DNA of 64,000 bases from Bacillota bacterium (GTDB lineage Bacteria; Bacillota; Desulfotomaculia; Desulfotomaculales; UBA12532), in contig JBFMHQ010000003.1 in assembly GCA_040751815.1 (NCBI GenBank), positions 269-64,268 of the forward strand. The letters are read 5' to 3'. Both the position numbers and the translations under genes were made by a program. Numbering within the stretch: the stretch's first letter is position 1; each line of letters begins with the position of its first letter. The notes beneath the pieces are model-generated. The model was not told the origin of the DNA. It saw only the letters and a program-made list of their open reading frames with translations, and made no database searches. This document shows positions 59,691 through 64,000 of the stretch, piece after piece.

Positions 59691-60893
59691 ATGGACAACG
59701 TTAACGTACGCCTGCTCTTGATCGGCAGCGAAGAGGAAGCCGCACGGGAGATGGCCGCCATCGGCGTGCACCCGGAGGGTACCGCCATTATGGCGCCGAA
59801 GGCGGTCTTCCGGGTGCTCAAGTTGACGGGACTCACGCCCACCCAGGCGAATATCGTCAAGCAGGAGATGCTGGCCCGGGGAGGCGAAGCGGCGGTGGCC
59901 TGGGGCGCCATCGACGGGTCGGCGCAGACGACGGATGTCCTGGTTATGGGGACGGTGCACCAGTTCGCGGCCCTCATCCCCAAGCTCGCACGGCAGCCCC
60001 TGGGCCTGCGCGAGGTGGCCGGGCGCATGGGGGAGGTGCTCCTCAACCTGGGGGCGAGGCCCCGGTGGGAACTCGATTGCCGGGGGAGAAAGCTCGTCCT
60101 GGGGGAGCGCACCCTGGTCATGGGCATCCTCAACGTGACCCCCGATTCCTTCTCCGACGGCGGACGCTTCCTGGACCCCGAGGCGGCGGTAGCCCGCGCC
60201 CTCGAGATGGAAAGGGAGGGGGCCGACCTCATCGACCTGGGCGGCGTCTCGACCCGCCCCGGCCACACGCCGGTGGACGCCGGGACGGAACTGGCGCGGA
60301 TTATGCCCGTTCTGGAGCGCGTTGTCCGGGCCGTGCGCGTCCCCGTGTCGGTGGATACCTTCAGGGCGGAGGTTGCACGCCGGGCGCTGGCCGCCGGCGC
60401 GCACATCATCAACGACCAGTGGGCCCTGGCCGACCCCGGCATGGCCGAGGTGGCGGCGGAAACCGGGGCGCCGGTCATTCTCATGCACAACCAGGAGGGG
60501 ACTGCCTACCGCGACCTGCTGGGGGATATCACCGCCTACTTCCGGGAACGGATCGCGCGGGCGCGGCGGGCCGGGATCGCCACGGAAAAGATCATCATCG
60601 ACCCCGGCTTCGGTTTCGGCAAGACGGCGGCCCAGAACCTGGAGGTGGTGCGGCGGCTGCGCGAACTGGCCGGGCTTGGACGCCCCATCCTGCTGGGCCC
60701 CTCGCGCAAGTCCACCATCGGCAAGGTGCTCGATCTGCCTGTGGACGAGCGGGTGGAGGGGACGGCGGCGGTGGTGACGGCGGCAATTCTCAACGGCGCG
60801 GACATCGTCCGCGTCCACGACGTGCGGGAAATGGTGCGGGTGGCCAGGATGGCCGACGCCCTGGCCCGGGGATGGGAAGATGCCGCCGGATAA
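59691..60893 (+). CDS. folP: Dihydropteroate synthase with N-terminal extension
   Basis: MGILNVTPDSFSDGG, STRPG, DPGFGFGK, SRKS, VRVHDV. Confidence 0.96.
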   Translation: MDNVNVRLLLIGSEEEAAREMAAIGVHPEGTAIMAPKAVFRVLKLTGLTPTQANIVKQEMLARGGEAAVAWGAIDGSAQTTDVLVMGTVHQFAALIPKLARQPLGLREVAGRMGEVLLNLGARPRWELDCRGRKLVLGERTLVMGILNVTPDSFSDGGRFLDPEAAVARALEMEREGADLIDLGGVSTRPGHTPVDAGTELARIMPVLERVVRAVRVPVSVDTFRAEVARRALAAGAHIINDQWALADPGMAEVAAETGAPVILMHNQEGTAYRDLLGDITAYFRERIARARRAGIATEKIIIDPGFGFGKTAAQNLEVVRRLRELAGLGRPILLGPSRKSTIGKVLDLPVDERVEGTAAVVTAAILNGADIVRVHDVREMVRVARMADALARGWEDAAG

Positions 60894-61254
60894 AATTATC
60901 ATGCGCGGCCTGGAATTTTACGGCTACCACGGGACGCTGGCGGCCGAGCAGGAACTGGGGCAGCGCTTCGTCCTTGACCTGGAAATGGCCCTCGACCTTC
61001 GCCGGGCGGGCAAAAGCGACGACCTGGCCCACACCGTGAACTACGCCGCCGTTTACCGCCTGGTGGCGGAGATGGTCCAGGCCCGCCGCTACCGGCTGCT
61101 CGAGGCCGTGGCCGAGGCGGTCGCCGGCGCCGTACTGGACCGTTTTCCCGTGGACGAGGTCCGCGTGCGGGTGCGCAAACCCCAGGCGCCGCTGCCCGGG
61201 CACTTCGGCTACGTGGCGGTGGAAATCGTGCGCCGCCGGGAGGAAGGAAGGTGA
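60880..61254 (+). CDS. folB: Dihydroneopterin aldolase
   Basis: FYGYHG...EQELGQRF, SDDL..TVNY, LLE, RKP. Confidence 0.95.
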   Translation: MPPDKIIMRGLEFYGYHGTLAAEQELGQRFVLDLEMALDLRRAGKSDDLAHTVNYAAVYRLVAEMVQARRYRLLEAVAEAVAGAVLDRFPVDEVRVRVRKPQAPLPGHFGYVAVEIVRRREEGR

Positions 61255-61742
61255 CCATTGCCTACGTCGGGGTCGGCAGCAACGTGGGGGACAGGCGGTG
61301 GTTTGTGCGGGAGGCGCTGCGGCTCCTCGACGAGGTTCCCGGCGTGAAGGTGCGGCGGGTGGCGCCCCTGTACCTCACGGCGCCGGTGGGGGATGTAGCG
61401 CAGGAATGGTTCCTGAACACCGTGGCGGAAATCGATACGGTCCTTCCGCCGCAAAAACTTCTTTCCGCCCTGCTGGCCATCGAGGCGCGGCTGGGGCGGG
61501 TGCGCACGCGGCGCTGGGGTCCCCGCACCGTGGACCTCGACCTTTTACTTTACGACGACGCCGAAATCCGCACGCCGGAGTTAACCGTACCGCACCCGCG
61601 CCTGACCGGACGGGCCTTCGCCGTGGTCCCGCTGGCCGACCTGGCGCCGGAACGCGTTCTTCCGGGGGGTGCCAGGGCGCGGGACCTGGCGGCGGCGCTG
61701 GCCGTCGTCCAGCCGGTGGCGCGGGTGGAGGAGGAAGGATAG
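61251..61742 (+). CDS. folK: HPPK pyrophosphokinase
   Basis: G.GSN.GDR, FLN, WGPRT.DLDLL, L.VPHP. Confidence 0.95.
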   Translation: MTIAYVGVGSNVGDRRWFVREALRLLDEVPGVKVRRVAPLYLTAPVGDVAQEWFLNTVAEIDTVLPPQKLLSALLAIEARLGRVRTRRWGPRTVDLDLLLYDDAEIRTPELTVPHPRLTGRAFAVVPLADLAPERVLPGGARARDLAAALAVVQPVARVEEEG

Positions 61743-61744
61743 CT

Positions 61745-62518
61745 TTGCACGCGGCAGAGGAAATAGCCGCGCTTCTGCGCGGAGCGGCGAGGGCCTATGC
61801 CCTGACCGGGGCCGGCATTTCCACCGAGAGCGGCATACCCGACTTCCGCAGTCCGGGCACCGGCCTCTGGTCGACCACCAACCTGGCCGACCTGCTGACC
61901 GCGGAGGTCCTGGAGAAGGACCCCGCGCGGTTTTACCAGGCCTGCCTCCCGCCGCTGAACGCCTTTCGCCGGGCCGAACCCAACCCGGCGCATATTGCCC
62001 TGGCGGAACTGGAAAAGCTGGGATTGATCAGGGGCGTTATCACCCAGAACATCGACGGGCTGCACCAGCGGGCCGGCTCCCGGCAGGTCTGGGAGGTGCA
62101 CGGGCACCTCCGCACGGTAAGTTGCATGCGCTGCGGGCGCAAGCAACCCTTCGACTATGCCATGAGCTGTTACGAGCGGGGGGAACTGCCGCCCCGGTGC
62201 CGGGTCTGCGGCGGCGTGCTGCGCCCCGACGTGGTCCTCTTCGGCGAGGCCCTGGCCCACGACTTCTTCGACATCGCCGACGAGCTTTACCCGGGGTGCG
62301 ACTTTATGCTGGTGGTCGGGTCGAGCCTCACCGTTTACCCCGCCGCCGGGCTGGTGACCTTCGCCAGGGAACTGGCCATCGTCAACCTGCAGCCGACCCC
62401 CTATGATGGACAGGCGCGGGTCGTGGTCCGCGAAAAAGCGGGGACGGTGCTGCCCAGGGTGGTGGAGGCGGTGAAGCGGGGGCAAGGGGCCGGAGGCCGG
62501 AGGCCGGAAGAAAGGTAA
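61745..62518 (+). CDS. cobB: Sir2-family NAD-dependent deacylase
   Basis: TGAGISTESGIPDFRS, TQNIDGLHQ.AG, HG, CxxC..CxxC, GSSL.VYPAA. Confidence 0.94.
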   Translation: MHAAEEIAALLRGAARAYALTGAGISTESGIPDFRSPGTGLWSTTNLADLLTAEVLEKDPARFYQACLPPLNAFRRAEPNPAHIALAELEKLGLIRGVITQNIDGLHQRAGSRQVWEVHGHLRTVSCMRCGRKQPFDYAMSCYERGELPPRCRVCGGVLRPDVVLFGEALAHDFFDIADELYPGCDFMLVVGSSLTVYPAAGLVTFARELAIVNLQPTPYDGQARVVVREKAGTVLPRVVEAVKRGQGAGGRRPEER

Positions 62519-62525
62519 AGCTTGT

Positions 62526-63323
62526 ATGTTGGTGGGTGGAGCCGCAGTGCGGGACGATACTTCCCTGGAAAGGTACGCCCGGCAGGTGGTGCTGCCGGAA
62601 ATCGGGCCGGCGGGACAGGATAAACTGGCCCGCGCCCGCGTGCTTATCGTGGGGGCGGGCGGTCTCGGTTCCCCGGCGGCCTTCTACCTGGCGGCGGCGG
62701 GCGTGGGCACCCTGGGGATCGCCGATGCCGACGTGGTGGAGGTAGAGAACCTGCAGCGGCAGATCCTCCACCGGCTGCCCGCGGTGGGCCGTCCCAAAAC
62801 CGCCTCGGCTGCCGCGACCCTCGGGGAATTTAACCCCGGGGTCAGGATCGTGGAACATCCGGTGCGGGTTTCCCCCGGGAACGCCCTCGAGATCCTGGCC
62901 TCCTACGACATCGTCGTGGACGCGGCCGACAACCTGGCCACAAAATACCTCCTTAACGACGCCTGCTTCTTTCTCGACCGGCCCCTTGTCCACGGAGCGG
63001 TGCTCCGCTTCGAGGGCCAGCTCCTGACCGTCATACCCCGCCGGACGCCCTGCTTCCGCTGCCTCTTCCCCGCGGCTCCGCCCGCGGAGCTTTCGCCACC
63101 GGCCCGGGTGGCGGGGATCCTCGGGACCGTGCCCGGGGTTATCGGGGCGCTCCAGGCGAACGAGGCGGTAAAGCTGGTGGTGGGTGCCGGCGAGCCCGCC
63201 GGAGGAAGACTTATCCTCTTCGACGCCCTCGCCACACGTTTCCGGGAGGTCAGGGTGGCGCGCAATCCCCGTTGCCCCCTGTGCGGGGAAAACCCCACCA
63301 TCCGGGAACCGGGCACGATGTAG
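62526..63323 (+). CDS. ThiF/MoeB-family adenylyltransferase (TtuC-like)
   Basis: RYARQ, GAGGLGSP, NLQRQ, CFRC, CPLCG. Confidence 0.93.
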   Translation: MLVGGAAVRDDTSLERYARQVVLPEIGPAGQDKLARARVLIVGAGGLGSPAAFYLAAAGVGTLGIADADVVEVENLQRQILHRLPAVGRPKTASAAATLGEFNPGVRIVEHPVRVSPGNALEILASYDIVVDAADNLATKYLLNDACFFLDRPLVHGAVLRFEGQLLTVIPRRTPCFRCLFPAAPPAELSPPARVAGILGTVPGVIGALQANEAVKLVVGAGEPAGGRLILFDALATRFREVRVARNPRCPLCGENPTIREPGTM

Positions 63324-63364
63324 CGGCAAAAAGGTTTTAAAGTTTGAGCGAGGTGACCCGGAAC

Positions 63365-63562
63365 ATGAAGGTGCTCGTTCCCCTGCCGCAGCGCAGGGTT
63401 TACGAGCTGCGCGGACCGAAAAAGGTGAGGGACATCCTGAAGGAACTCGGCATGCCCGCCGAGTCGGTGCTCGTCATCCGCGGCAACGATCTGCTCACCC
63501 CGGACGTCACGGTGCCGGACGACGCCGAGATCGAGGTCCGGCCTGCCATCTCCGGGGGTTAG
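63365..63562 (+). CDS. Ubiquitin-like sulfur carrier (TtuB/ThiS/MoaD family)
   Basis: 65 aa ending ISGG. Confidence 0.9.
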   Translation: MKVLVPLPQRRVYELRGPKKVRDILKELGMPAESVLVIRGNDLLTPDVTVPDDAEIEVRPAISGG

Positions 63563-63596
63563 AAGGCCCCCAACGAGATAAAGGAGTTGTCCCGGT

Positions 63597-64000
63597 GTGA
63601 AATGCAAGAAGTGCGGGCGGCCGGCGGTGATGGCCCTGCCGCGGCACAACGCCGCCTTCTGCCGCGAGCATTACCTCGAGTACTTCGACGGCCAGGTGGA
63701 GAAGGCCGTCCGGGAAAACCGCATGTTCGCCCGGAACGACCGCATCCTGGTGGCGGTTTCCGGGGGCAAGGACAGCCTGGCCCTCTGGGACGTCCTTCTG
63801 CGCACGGGCTACCGGGCCGACGGGCTGTATATCGACCTGGGCATCGACGGCTACGCGGAGAGATCGAAGGAGAAGGCGGTGGGCTTTGCCCGGGAACGGG
63901 AGGCCGCCATCCGCGTCGTCTCGGTAGTCGAGGAATGCGGCCTGGGCATACGGGAACTGGCCCGGAGGGCCAGAAGGGCGGCCTGCTCGGCCTGCGGCCT
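63597..64000 (+). CDS. ttuA: TtuA/Ncs6-like tRNA 2-thiolation enzyme (truncated by window end)
   Basis: MKCKKC..FC.EHY zinc finger, PP-loop SGGKDS, CSACG; AAGGAG RBS; absent from the track because it has no stop. Confidence 0.88.
   Translation, partial: MKCKKCGRPAVMALPRHNAAFCREHYLEYFDGQVEKAVRENRMFARNDRILVAVSGGKDSLALWDVLLRTGYRADGLYIDLGIDGYAERSKEKAVGFAREREAAIRVVSVVEECGLGIRELARRARRAACSACG

Overview
High-GC, spore-forming Firmicute (Clostridia; an Ammonifex/Desulfotomaculales-like affinity is my inference). The window covers the conserved origin-proximal block from SRP RNA-dnaX-recR through tmk-holB-metG-rsmA, spoVG-glmU-prs-pth-mfd-spoVT, yabPQ-divIC, spoIIE-tilS-ftsH to fhs, folPBK and a ttuCBA-like tRNA thiolation cluster. 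Most of it is housekeeping and sporulation genes. Main signals missed by the ORF track: (1) five paralogous 35-46 aa hydrophobic peptide genes (MP..-WWW-poly-Ile/Val/Phe; four share MPELxxPG) at 26793-27867, each with its own RBS, under SigK-like promoters and directly upstream of a trypsin-like serine protease gene; (2) a UGA-containing HesB-like selenoprotein gene (33068-33373) with a SECIS-like hairpin, divergent from a CsoR-family repressor with an atypical Cys-Tyr-Cys fingerprint; (3) a 5'-truncated tRNA-Ser(CGA) next to a hicBA pair, which looks like the end of an integrated element; (4) a MITE-like element, a ~93-bp triple repeat, and three apparent single-base frameshifts or non-canonical starts. 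All calls come from reading motifs by eye; no database searches were run.
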